A DNA stretch of 59,477 bases from a virus (lineage: Duplodnaviria; Caudoviricetes), in IMG/VR virus record IMGVR_UViG_3300024051_000139, positions 1-59,477 of that record; one strand, given 5' to 3'. Shown one piece after another: positions 47,387-55,099 of the stretch. The notes beneath the pieces were generated by a model. The model had not been told where the DNA came from. It saw only the letters and a list, made by a program, of their open reading frames with translations, and searched no databases. Position 1 is the stretch's first letter, and each line of letters begins with the position of its first letter. A program made the translations under genes and the position numbers.

Positions 47387-47917
47387 CTAAATCCCCATGA
47401 TCGCCGCCTCGAGGGCGGCGATGGCGTGGTCGTATTCCGGCGTCTCGCGGCGCTCTTCGACCGACCTCAGGAGCTTGGAGACGTTCTGTTTCGTGCAGCC
47501 GCAGATATCGGCGGCAAGCGTGCCGTTGACGCCGCAGGCCGTGACGAGCAGATAGATCTCGACCGCGCGCCGATCGGCCGACCTGATGTCCGATTGGCCG
47601 AGAGCCGCGCGGATACCCTTGAGCGTTACGCTGACGGCGCGCTTCAGCTCGTCGTTGTCCTCAGCGGCCTCGAACATCGTCTCGCTGGCGCGCTTGCGCG
47701 CAGCGATCGTGCGAATGGCGAAGCGAAGATTGTTCACCTGGGCAAGCGAGGCGCGGCCGCGCCGGCGGATCCGTCGATAGGTGGCGATGGCGATGCCGGC
47801 GGCCGCCGCAAGAGCCTGGTGCTCGATCGCGAGCCGGGCGCGCTTCGTCTCGATGCGTTCGAGCGCCTCGGCCTGGTCCGGCCGGTATGGGGTCCGCTGC
47901 TTCTTCATCTGTCTCAT
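47387..47917 (-). CDS. Putative HTH DNA-binding protein
   Basis: 'LAAAAGIAIATYRR' and 'ADICGCTKQNVSKLL'; start uncertain. Confidence 0.6.
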   Translation of the reverse strand: MRQMKKQRTPYRPDQAEALERIETKRARLAIEHQALAAAAGIAIATYRRIRRRGRASLAQVNNLRFAIRTIAARKRASETMFEAAEDNDELKRAVSVTLKGIRAALGQSDIRSADRRAVEIYLLVTACGVNGTLAADICGCTKQNVSKLLRSVEERRETPEYDHAIAALEAAIMGI

Positions 47918-47975
47918 ACAAATTTCAGGGGTTTTCGATCCCGCCGGCACAACGGACAAAGCCGGCGGGCACGCA

Positions 47976-48326
47976 CTACAACTCAGTAATGGAATGATCG
48001 GGCGCCGGGCCGGGATCGCGCTCCCGGCCTGCCTCCGCGTCCATGCGTTCGGCCGCCCTCAGCATCATCGCGCCGAGGGTGGCGATGGCCTCCTGCGTTT
48101 CCAGGCGGAAGGCGCCGGTCTCGCGGTCTCGGGTCGCGCACATATGGACGAACATGTCGTCAAGGTAGGCGACCCCCATGTGGAAACCCGCATGGTAGAG
48201 CCGGTTGCGGATCGCCATGTCATATTGGCGCAGATAGACGATCGGGCAGGAAAGCAGCCACTCGGCCCGCCGCAGATGGGACTTGGCGTCGGCCAGCTCG
48301 GCGATGATGGGGAGGAGTTCGTTCAT
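47976..48326 (-). CDS. Hypothetical protein
   Basis: ORF in the leftward early operon. Confidence 0.6.
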   Translation of the reverse strand: MNELLPIIAELADAKSHLRRAEWLLSCPIVYLRQYDMAIRNRLYHAGFHMGVAYLDDMFVHMCATRDRETGAFRLETQEAIATLGAMMLRAAERMDAEAGRERDPGPAPDHSITEL

Positions 48327-48333
48327 GCCGCCC

Positions 48334-49149
48334 TCACGCCTTCACGCCGAGCGATATGAAACCCTTCTGCAGGCCCTTGTTGTAGACCTCCACCAGGACC
48401 TTCGCGATGTTCAGCGCCGCGTCGCCCCCCCCCATTTTCCGGAAGGTTTCGCCGTCGGCCACCAGGATCTTGCGGTCCTTGCCGTGCAGCTTCGTCACCA
48501 TGCGCGCGTGGTCGATCGCCTGCCTGTTGTTCCGGTAGAGCCGGGCCAGTGCCTGGATCATCGTGCCGTTGAGCGCGCCGGCATCCTTCGGCCAGGCCTC
48601 GCGCAGCGCCTTGCAGGCCTGCGTCACCGCGGTGTCGCCGTAAGCCTTGATTGCTCGCTCGATCGCGGTAATGGCGGAGGTGCGTCCTGGCGCCGCCGAC
48701 TTGGTGCCCGCCGGCACGACCTCGCAGTCCGCCTCCTCGAGCACGGCGCATATCTGCATCATGGTTTCGTCGCCGGCCTCGATGCCCGCCCAGTATTTCT
48801 CGACGGTGGAAATCGCGCTGCGGTTGACGTTGACGCCAAGAAAGCTCTGCGCCTCCTCGAAGGGCTGATCGAGCACCACGATGACGGCCGGCACGGCCGA
48901 GATCGCGGGGTGCTGGCGCGCAGCCTCGAAACGGTGCTGCCCGTCGTAGACCGCGAAGGTGCCGTCCTCGCGCGCGACCAGCATCACGGCGCCGAATTGC
49001 GACCAGCAGAAATCGCGCAGGATCTGCTGCACGCGGCGCGGCTTCAGCGGCCGCTGATAGGTTGCGTCGACGAAGATCTTGTCGAGTTCGACCCATCCGA
49101 GCTCCGGAGGCTCGCCCGTGTTCACGTTGATGGCGGCAGTCTGCATCAC
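48334..49149 (-). CDS. ParB-like N-terminal domain protein
   Basis: 'VDATYQRPL', 'VYDGQHRFEAA'. Confidence 0.8.
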   Translation of the reverse strand: MMQTAAINVNTGEPPELGWVELDKIFVDATYQRPLKPRRVQQILRDFCWSQFGAVMLVAREDGTFAVYDGQHRFEAARQHPAISAVPAVIVVLDQPFEEAQSFLGVNVNRSAISTVEKYWAGIEAGDETMMQICAVLEEADCEVVPAGTKSAAPGRTSAITAIERAIKAYGDTAVTQACKALREAWPKDAGALNGTMIQALARLYRNNRQAIDHARMVTKLHGKDRKILVADGETFRKMGGGDAALNIAKVLVEVYNKGLQKGFISLGVKA

Positions 49150-49442
49150 AACAGTCTCCCTTGCTCGGCGACCAGGACCGGCCGCGCGGGTTCGATCGTT
49201 TCATCCTTTGCGGCCTCTTTCATCCGGCGCAGGTAATCCAGGGTGAGCGGCGCCGGGCCCGGCTCGACGCCGACGCTGGTGAACCTGCCGTCGCTCGAGA
49301 ACGCGACGACCTTCGCGCCCTCCCATCCGTCGGCCGCGATCAGGGCATTGATCTCGTCGACCAGTGCCTGATGGTTGGCCGTGTTCTGGGCCGGGTCGCG
49401 CGAGATCTCGCAGCTGCTGTAGATGGCAAGGTGGCGGCTCAT
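49146..49442 (-). CDS. Hypothetical protein
   Basis: Overlap-coupled ORF. Confidence 0.55.
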   Translation of the reverse strand: MSRHLAIYSSCEISRDPAQNTANHQALVDEINALIAADGWEGAKVVAFSSDGRFTSVGVEPGPAPLTLDYLRRMKEAAKDETIEPARPVLVAEQGRLL

Positions 49443-49672
49443 GGGCACCCTCCCACCGCCTGGAGCCGCCGCCGTTCGTTGCGCGCCAGGCCGTAAATCT
49501 CCTGGTAGGCGATCGACCGCTGACGCCGCAGATCTTCCGGAACGACCTCACCGCGCCGGCGCATGGCGGACTCCTTGCTCAATATCCTGCGGAGGGGGCA
49601 TTGCGAACTTTCGTCGTCGCAGTCGGGCAACGGACATGACAGGCAGGGATGGGTCCGGCGATCTATCGTCAT
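49439..49672 (-). CDS. Small Cys-rich hypothetical protein
   Basis: 'HPCLSCPLPDCD...CPL'. Confidence 0.6.
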   Translation of the reverse strand: MTIDRRTHPCLSCPLPDCDDESSQCPLRRILSKESAMRRRGEVVPEDLRRQRSIAYQEIYGLARNERRRLQAVGGCP

Positions 49673-49998
49673 GGCGCTTCCCCCATAGCCTCAAGGCGGC
49701 GGAGCGCCCCGGTGCGCCAGTTGGCGAGAAGGCCGGAAGAACCGTAGGTGCAGTTGCAGCGGATCCCGGCGAGTTGCATCATCTGGGAACCGCAGGATTG
49801 CGAGACCTTCGCCCCTTCATTGTCGACGAGCTCGGCGACGATGGCGTCCATGGCGAGATGCCAGCGATCCCTCTCCGCCCTCTCGGCGGCGAAGTTCCGG
49901 TCCTGGCTGGAGTGCACCGCCATCGGCGGCACGGCGTTGACCTTCTCGATGATGAGCGCCCGCAAGCGTTTCAGCTCGGCTGGGTCGACCTTTTTCAT
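49669..49998 (-). CDS. Hypothetical protein
   Basis: Overlap-coupled ORF. Confidence 0.55.
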   Translation of the reverse strand: MKKVDPAELKRLRALIIEKVNAVPPMAVHSSQDRNFAAERAERDRWHLAMDAIVAELVDNEGAKVSQSCGSQMMQLAGIRCNCTYGSSGLLANWRTGALRRLEAMGEAP

Positions 49999-50384
49999 GG
50001 CTCAACCCTCAGTCCGAAGAGCAGCGTACAATGGCTCATCAGGCGCCTCGTGCCAGGCTGCACGTCTATGACGAGAACGCCCCCCCCCCGTCCGGACGCC
50101 CGCGCGCGGCCCGGATATCCGATCACCTCGACGACGGTGCCGTCACGGCGAAACTCAATCAGTGCGCAGGAGAGCGAGAGGCGAAGCCCATCGAGGACAT
50201 TGTCGCCGGGGCCGATCTCCCGCCCATGGCAGATGACGGGCCGGCCTTCGAAGAAGGCCTTGATGCCTGGCCCATCATCGTCGCGGCCGTTGGCGAAGAT
50301 GATCGGATGGAACGGCGGCAGGATGATTTCCCGCGGCGCCCGCCGGCGTAAGCGGGAAAGGAGTGCGCGAAGGCGGGCCATCAT
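49995..50384 (-). CDS. Hypothetical protein
   Basis: Overlap-coupled to the cro-like gene. Confidence 0.5.
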   Translation of the reverse strand: MMARLRALLSRLRRRAPREIILPPFHPIIFANGRDDDGPGIKAFFEGRPVICHGREIGPGDNVLDGLRLSLSCALIEFRRDGTVVEVIGYPGRARASGRGGGVLVIDVQPGTRRLMSHCTLLFGLRVEP

Positions 50385-50602
50385 GACTGCACCTCGTCGG
50401 CTGGAATGATCTGGATGCCTCGCTCATGCGCGATCTCGTCGAGGGCGTGGACGAGCTTGGCACGGATACGCGCCGTCGGCTCCTTCCGGCCGGTCCGTGC
50501 CCGAGACAGGGTGCTCTGATGGACATCGGCACGAGCGCACATCTCTTTCAGCGTTACGCCGAGACGTTCACGCTTGCGTTCGATCTCGCTGAGATTTTGC
50601 AT
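50381..50602 (-). CDS. Cro-like XRE HTH regulator
   Basis: 'RERLGVTLKEMCARADVHQSTLSR'; divergent from the CI-like gene. Confidence 0.8.
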   Translation of the reverse strand: MQNLSEIERKRERLGVTLKEMCARADVHQSTLSRARTGRKEPTARIRAKLVHALDEIAHERGIQIIPADEVQS

Positions 50603-50721
50603 GTCGGCTTTCCGTTTGCAATTTTCCATTGATTTGCAAATGTAGCCGTGATTTGGTTTGCATTGTCAATTGCTGTATTGAGTTTTGAACAATGGGCCTT
50701 CCCGCTGCCATAAGTGTGCGC
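50603..50721. promoter_or_regulatory. CI/Cro divergent control region
   Basis: AT-rich with repeated TTTGCA/TGCAAA motifs. Confidence 0.65.
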
Positions 50722-51330
50722 ATGACGAACCTGCGCGACCAGCAGCTGGCATGGCTGGATCATATCTCGAAGACGAGCGGCCTGACGTTCACTGAGATCG
50801 CCAGGGCGGCGGGACTTACCCCGTCGACGCTTACCCGCTTCAAAAAGCAAGACATCAATGGCCACACGCTCTCGGCCAAAACCGTGAAGCTCATCGAAGA
50901 CGCCACCAACGTGCCGGCGTATCAGACGAGAACGCGGCCAAAGCTCGTCTCCTTTTCCGAAGGCGAAGCGATCCCGTATCAGGTTGAAGACACCGAGAAC
51001 CCGGTTCTGGCATCGCTTAAGTCGGTCGTGGACAATTCCAACAGCCTCGATCTGTGGGAGTTGAAGACGCAGAGCCTTTCAGCGGCGGGATATGGGTTAG
51101 GTATGGTGGTTGTCGTCGACCGCAATGCAACACCTCACAGCGGTGATTGCGTGTGCGCCCAAGTTTACGATGATCGGCGCGGCACGGCCGCTACCATATT
51201 CCGCGTTTTCCGGACGCCATATCTCATCACCGCTTATCGGGACCGCGAGCCCGAACCGCCGGAAGTCGTGGACGATCACAATATCCGGATCGCAGGGGTT
51301 GTGGTGGCCGGTATCCACGTCCGACATTAA
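50722..51330 (+). CDS. CI-like repressor (HTH plus S24-like C-terminal domain)
   Basis: 'TEIARAAGLTPSTLTRF'; C-terminal 'GMVVVVD...SGDCVCA...IAGVVV'. Confidence 0.8.
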   Translation: MTNLRDQQLAWLDHISKTSGLTFTEIARAAGLTPSTLTRFKKQDINGHTLSAKTVKLIEDATNVPAYQTRTRPKLVSFSEGEAIPYQVEDTENPVLASLKSVVDNSNSLDLWELKTQSLSAAGYGLGMVVVVDRNATPHSGDCVCAQVYDDRRGTAATIFRVFRTPYLITAYRDREPEPPEVVDDHNIRIAGVVVAGIHVRH

Positions 51331-51389
51331 CTGAAGTTTCCACCAAAAACTTGATGACCTGCAGGCATCGACCCGCATGCTCGATTGGT

Positions 51390-51470
51390 TCGTTTGCATC
51401 TAAAGCAAATTTGTATTTGCAAAGCTAACGGTAAATGTGCATTCTCCAAATGCAACTGATTTGCATCGGA
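51390..51470 (+). promoter_or_regulatory. Operator/promoter region of the xis-DGR-int operon
   Basis: Clustered TTTGCA/TGCAAA motifs like those in the cI/cro gap. Confidence 0.55.
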
Positions 51471-51477
51471 GGTCGGC

Positions 51478-51777
51478 ATGCTTTCGGAAAAACTCGTGAA
51501 ACTGCCCGAGCTGGCCGCCGCGCTCGACCGCTCGGAAGACTGGATCAAGCGCAACTGGTTGCGCCTGCACATGGAGCGCGGCATGCCCCGCAAGCTGACG
51601 GTCGGCTGGTCCTGGCCGCGGGGCGCACTCGAGCGCTGGCTCGAACAGGGCGCCGACGGCGCTGCCAGGGAAGAACCTGTGCCGACGACCAGGCCGCGGG
51701 AGACGGCTCCCCTGCAGCTCGCCATAGCCAACCAGAACGCCCGCATGCGGCAGCGCTATGCAGGAGGGCGGGCATGA
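51478..51777 (+). CDS. Excisionase/AlpA-like DNA-binding protein
   Basis: 'LPELAAALDRSEDWIKRNW...GMPRKL..GWSWPRGALERWL'. Confidence 0.7.
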   Translation: MLSEKLVKLPELAAALDRSEDWIKRNWLRLHMERGMPRKLTVGWSWPRGALERWLEQGADGAAREEPVPTTRPRETAPLQLAIANQNARMRQRYAGGRA

Positions 51778-52040
51778 CCTCCTCCATCTCCGAAAACCCC
51801 GCCGCGCTCGCACCGCACAAGGTGCTCACGCGTCGCCAGCAGGAAGCCATCCTCGCGATCGGCCATTTCCGCCATATCCGCAAGGTGGGCACCACATGGG
51901 AGATCGGCCCGCACCGCTTCTCGTTTTCCCTGGTCGACGCGCTCGTGCGGCGCCATCTGGCGCGAGAGGCAAGTCGCTCGCTCTCCCTCACGCTCGCCGG
52001 CTGGCTCGCCGAAAAGCGCCTGAAGGAGCGGCAACAATGA
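51774..52040 (+). CDS. Hypothetical protein
   Basis: ATGA-coupled; MTSSISENP... Confidence 0.6.
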   Translation: MTSSISENPAALAPHKVLTRRQQEAILAIGHFRHIRKVGTTWEIGPHRFSFSLVDALVRRHLAREASRSLSLTLAGWLAEKRLKERQQ

Positions 52041-52279
52041 AGACGACACGCGAAACCCTCGCTGAGCTCGAGCAGCTCGCCCTGAAGGGCGACGAGCTGA
52101 TGACGCGCCTGGTCGCCGATCTCGGCGAATACCACGCCGATCTCGAGGCCCTCATGCGCGCCGCCTCACTGGCGCGCTCGACGTCGTCGGCCGTCATCGT
52201 CGAGGCAGCCTGCATCCTGACGGAGCGCGAGCGGGGCGAGCCGCTGTGCGAGACCATGAGAAGACAGCGCCTGCAATGA
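52037..52279 (+). CDS. Hypothetical protein
   Basis: ATGA-coupled; MKTTRETL... Confidence 0.6.
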   Translation: MKTTRETLAELEQLALKGDELMTRLVADLGEYHADLEALMRAASLARSTSSAVIVEAACILTERERGEPLCETMRRQRLQ

Positions 52280-52404
52280 GCCCGTGCTGCCTCATCGCCC
52301 TCGGCCTCGCCGCCTTCCTGCTTTTCGGGCTGCTGCTCGCCAACATGCACCGCCTCTTCCCGAACCTCCGGCGCAGCGCCGGCCGGGACCAGCGCGGGGA
52401 CTAA
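52276..52404 (+). CDS. Small single-transmembrane protein (42 aa; not in ORF track)
   Basis: MSPCCLIALGLAAFLLFGLLLANMHRL...; ATGA-coupled. Confidence 0.55.
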   Translation: MSPCCLIALGLAAFLLFGLLLANMHRLFPNLRRSAGRDQRGD

Positions 52405-52438
52405 ATCTGCCACCTTTGCCTCCAGGTCGGCGGACCAT

Positions 52439-52482
52439 GAAGGCCGGCGGTTTTGTGCTGCGTGCCGCCGGCCTTCGCTTTT
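52439..52482 (+). terminator. Hairpin (terminator/attenuator) before DGR target 1
   Basis: GAAGGCCGGCGG / CCGCCGGCCTTC 12-bp stem followed by GCTTTT. Confidence 0.5.
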
Positions 52483-52506
52483 AACCTCACCAACGGGAGT
52501 AACTAA

Positions 52507-53382
52507 ATGAACATCGCAGTAAAGACCCCGGCCGCCACCATCGTGCGGCCGCACCAGGCGCCCATCCTCATCGTCACCGGAGCGGCATCGCTCGCCATCC
52601 GCGCCGGCACCATGATCACCGGCGACGGCGGCGCCTTCAGCTTCCCGGACGACACCGAGATCGCCGTTCCCGACCTCATCCCCGGCGAGGACTACGGCAT
52701 CCGCCTTGATGAAGGCCGGCCCTTCGCCACCCTGCTCGGCCCGGAGAACGCGATCGAGGCCGGCTGGATCGGCGGCTTCCACTTCGCCCCGGGCGGCAAC
52801 GCCCCGGCGCGATCCGGCGGGGACACGACGCCCGCGATCAATCCGTGCTCGCTCTGGGATGCCGGCTTCCGCCCGGCCGCACCGGACCCGCGCGGCATGA
52901 AGCTGGTTGACCTCGGCGGCGGTCACCTCTTCTGGGACGACGTCTACTGGCTCGGTACCGAGCACGAGCGCTACGGCACGAGCCGCTGCGGCGCGACCAT
53001 CGCCACCGGCGAGACGCTCGGCCGGCTCAACTATCACGACGCCGTCGAAATCCTCGCGAAACACGGCAAGCGCCTGTCGACCTATGACGAAGCCCGTGCC
53101 AGCGCCTACGGCGTCACCGAGCGCAGTTCGGCCGACCGGCACCCGAAGGTGACCGGCCTCGACGCCGCCCGCACCAGCGCCACCGGCTCCATGCAGGCCA
53201 CGGGCAACGTCTGGGGCTGGATCACCGACGGCGACCCGGACGACCCGCGCCCGTCCATTTTCGGCGGCTCGTGGTTCAGCGGCTCGGACGCGGGCTCGCG
53301 CTTCGCGGCCCTCGGCGGCTGGGCCGAGGACTCGGGCGTGCACCTCGGCGTCCGCGCTGCCTGCGACCACCTGGCCGCCTGA
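52507..53382 (+). CDS. DGR target protein 1, Mtd-like C-type-lectin fold
   Basis: 'GGFHFAPGGNA', 'SLWDAGFRPAAPDPRGM', 'HGKRL', 'FGGSW...GSR...GVRAACDHL' resemble Bordetella BPP-1 Mtd; C-terminal VR1. Confidence 0.92.
   Translation: MNIAVKTPAATIVRPHQAPILIVTGAASLAIRAGTMITGDGGAFSFPDDTEIAVPDLIPGEDYGIRLDEGRPFATLLGPENAIEAGWIGGFHFAPGGNAPARSGGDTTPAINPCSLWDAGFRPAAPDPRGMKLVDLGGGHLFWDDVYWLGTEHERYGTSRCGATIATGETLGRLNYHDAVEILAKHGKRLSTYDEARASAYGVTERSSADRHPKVTGLDAARTSATGSMQATGNVWGWITDGDPDDPRPSIFGGSWFSGSDAGSRFAALGGWAEDSGVHLGVRAACDHLAA
53247..53367 (+). repeat. DGR variable repeat VR1
   Basis: 121-bp copy of TR with 14 mismatches, all at TR adenines. Confidence 0.97.
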
Positions 53383-53384
53383 TA

Positions 53385-53406
53385 CGCGCGCGCGAAAGCG
53401 CGGGCG
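53385..53406 (+). other. DGR target-recognition hairpin after VR1
   Basis: CGCGCGCGC-GAAA-GCGCGGGCG (8/9 bp paired, GAAA loop). Confidence 0.8.
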
Positions 53407-53437
53407 CACCTTTCCCCTCCATCGAAGGATAACGACC

Positions 53438-54370
53438 ATGACGGCAGCAGCCGCAGTCAAGCAGCATGACATCATCATCGAGCGCGCCGACCTCGCCGCG
53501 CCCATCCTCTACGTTTCCGGCAAGGAGGCCGTTGGCATCCGCGCCGGGACCGTGATCCGGATCGGCGGCAATGCCTACGGCTTCGACGTCGACACGCCCC
53601 TCGACGTCTTCGGCGCGTTCGCGCCGGGCCACGACTACGGCGTCGGCGTGCACGAGGACGGCAGGCCTTTCGCCGCCGTGCTGGCGCCAACCAGCCCGCT
53701 TTCCGTCGGCTTCATTGCCGGCTTCCACTTCGCCCCGAGCGGATGCGCGGAAGGCACCGAGGGCGGCGACGGCATCCCCTCCGTCAATCCGTATTCGGCA
53801 TGGGACATCGCGTTTCGTCCGACGTGCCCGGACCCGCGCGGCATGACGCTGGTTGAAGTCAGCCCCGGCCGCCTCTTCTGGGAAGACATCTACCTTCTTG
53901 CCGCCGATCACCTGCAGGGCACCAGCCGGTACAACGTGATGATCGCCGACGGGCGCGACCTGCCCGAGCGCATCGACGGCAAGGGCAGGTATACGAGGCT
54001 CGACAACGCCACGGCCGTCGAAATCTGCGCGCATCACGGCAAGCGCCTCATCGGCGCGGAGGAAGCCTTTGCCGGCGCCTACGGCGTCAAGGAGCGCTGC
54101 TCGCGCGGCACGGACCCGGTGAAGACCGGCAGCATGGCGGACGGCGGCGCCCGCTTCGTCAGCCGCCGCGGCGTCATCGACGCGACCGGCACCCTGTGGC
54201 AGCGGGGCACCGACGGCCACCCGGACGATCCGCGCCCGTCCATTTTCGGCGGCTCGTGGCTCGTCGGCTCGTGCGCGGGCTCGCGCTACGCGTACCTCGA
54301 CTACTGGGCCGAGTTCTCGTACGAGTTCCTCGGCGTCCGCGCTGCCTGCGATCACCTGGCGCCCGCCTGA
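53438..54370 (+). CDS. DGR target protein 2, Mtd-like paralog
   Basis: 'GFHFAPSG', 'WDIAFRPTCPDPRGMTLV', 'GTSRYNVMIADG', 'HHGKRL'; C-terminal VR2. Confidence 0.92.
   Translation: MTAAAAVKQHDIIIERADLAAPILYVSGKEAVGIRAGTVIRIGGNAYGFDVDTPLDVFGAFAPGHDYGVGVHEDGRPFAAVLAPTSPLSVGFIAGFHFAPSGCAEGTEGGDGIPSVNPYSAWDIAFRPTCPDPRGMTLVEVSPGRLFWEDIYLLAADHLQGTSRYNVMIADGRDLPERIDGKGRYTRLDNATAVEICAHHGKRLIGAEEAFAGAYGVKERCSRGTDPVKTGSMADGGARFVSRRGVIDATGTLWQRGTDGHPDDPRPSIFGGSWLVGSCAGSRYAYLDYWAEFSYEFLGVRAACDHLAPA
54232..54351 (+). repeat. DGR variable repeat VR2
   Basis: 120-bp copy of TR with 12 mismatches, all at TR adenines. Confidence 0.97.
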
Positions 54371-54390
54371 TTTGCGCGAAAGCGCAAATC
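54369..54390 (+). other. DGR target-recognition hairpin after VR2
   Basis: GATTTGCGC-GAAA-GCGCAAATC, perfect 9-bp stem. Confidence 0.85.
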
Positions 54391-54416
54391 CCGCCTGAAC
54401 CGGACGATCGCCAGCC

Positions 54417-54785
54417 ATGCAACGCGACGAACATGTGAACGCCAGGGACCTGGCGATCGTCGAGAAATACGAGGCCACCGTGACCTATCTCTACCCCATC
54501 TTCCAGTCCTTCCCGCGCCGGCACGGCGTGCTGCGCGACAGCATGATCGGGCAGCTGATGGACATGGTCGGCCTCCTGTACCAGGCCGCGAAATCGAAAC
54601 AGCCTTCGCGGCTCTACGCGGCGGACGCCCATCTGGCGACGCTGCGCTTCTGGTTGCGCTTCGCGACCGCGGAAAAGCTGCTCTCTCACAAACAGCACCA
54701 GGTGGCGCTCGGCCATATCGCCGAGACCGGCGCGATGCTGGGAGCGTGGATCCGCGCCGCCAAGGGCAACGGGAGGTCGGGGTAA
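54417..54785 (+). CDS. avd: DGR accessory variability determinant Avd
   Basis: 122-aa helical protein ('LAIVEKYE...YLYP...FPRRH...LRFWLRF...ETGAMLGAWI') between VR2 and TR. Confidence 0.9.
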   Translation: MQRDEHVNARDLAIVEKYEATVTYLYPIFQSFPRRHGVLRDSMIGQLMDMVGLLYQAAKSKQPSRLYAADAHLATLRFWLRFATAEKLLSHKQHQVALGHIAETGAMLGAWIRAAKGNGRSG

Positions 54786-54795
54786 TGGCTATGGT

Positions 54796-54916
54796 GCGCC
54801 CGTCCATTTTCGGCGGCTCGTGGATCAACGGCTCGAACGCGGGCTCGCGCTACGCGAACCTCGACAACTGGGCCGAGAACTCGAACGAGAACCTCGGCGT
54901 CCGCGCTGCCTGCGAC
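54796..54916 (+). ncRNA. DGR template repeat (TR)
   Basis: Adenine-containing master copy (21 A, seven AAC codons) of VR1/VR2, between avd and RT. Confidence 0.95.
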
Positions 54917-55099
54917 GACCCCTTTCCGGCTCGGCGACGGTCACGGCCGCGTCGGCCATGTTCCACCGGCGCCTATGCGCCAGGGTGGTCGGCCCAACCT
55001 TCCAGCTTCGGCAAATACTTTCCAAGGTCCGGCAAAGCGGGGAGTAGCGGCAATTGCGCCGTCGAAACCCGCGGCCGGCATCCCGCCGCGAGGAATCCC

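Noticed and set aside
54746-55099. RT start at 54746 as given in the ORF track
   Set aside because: That GTG lies inside avd. ATG 55100 has an RBS and gives a normal-sized DGR RT; only the 54785 alternative is kept as a hypothesis.
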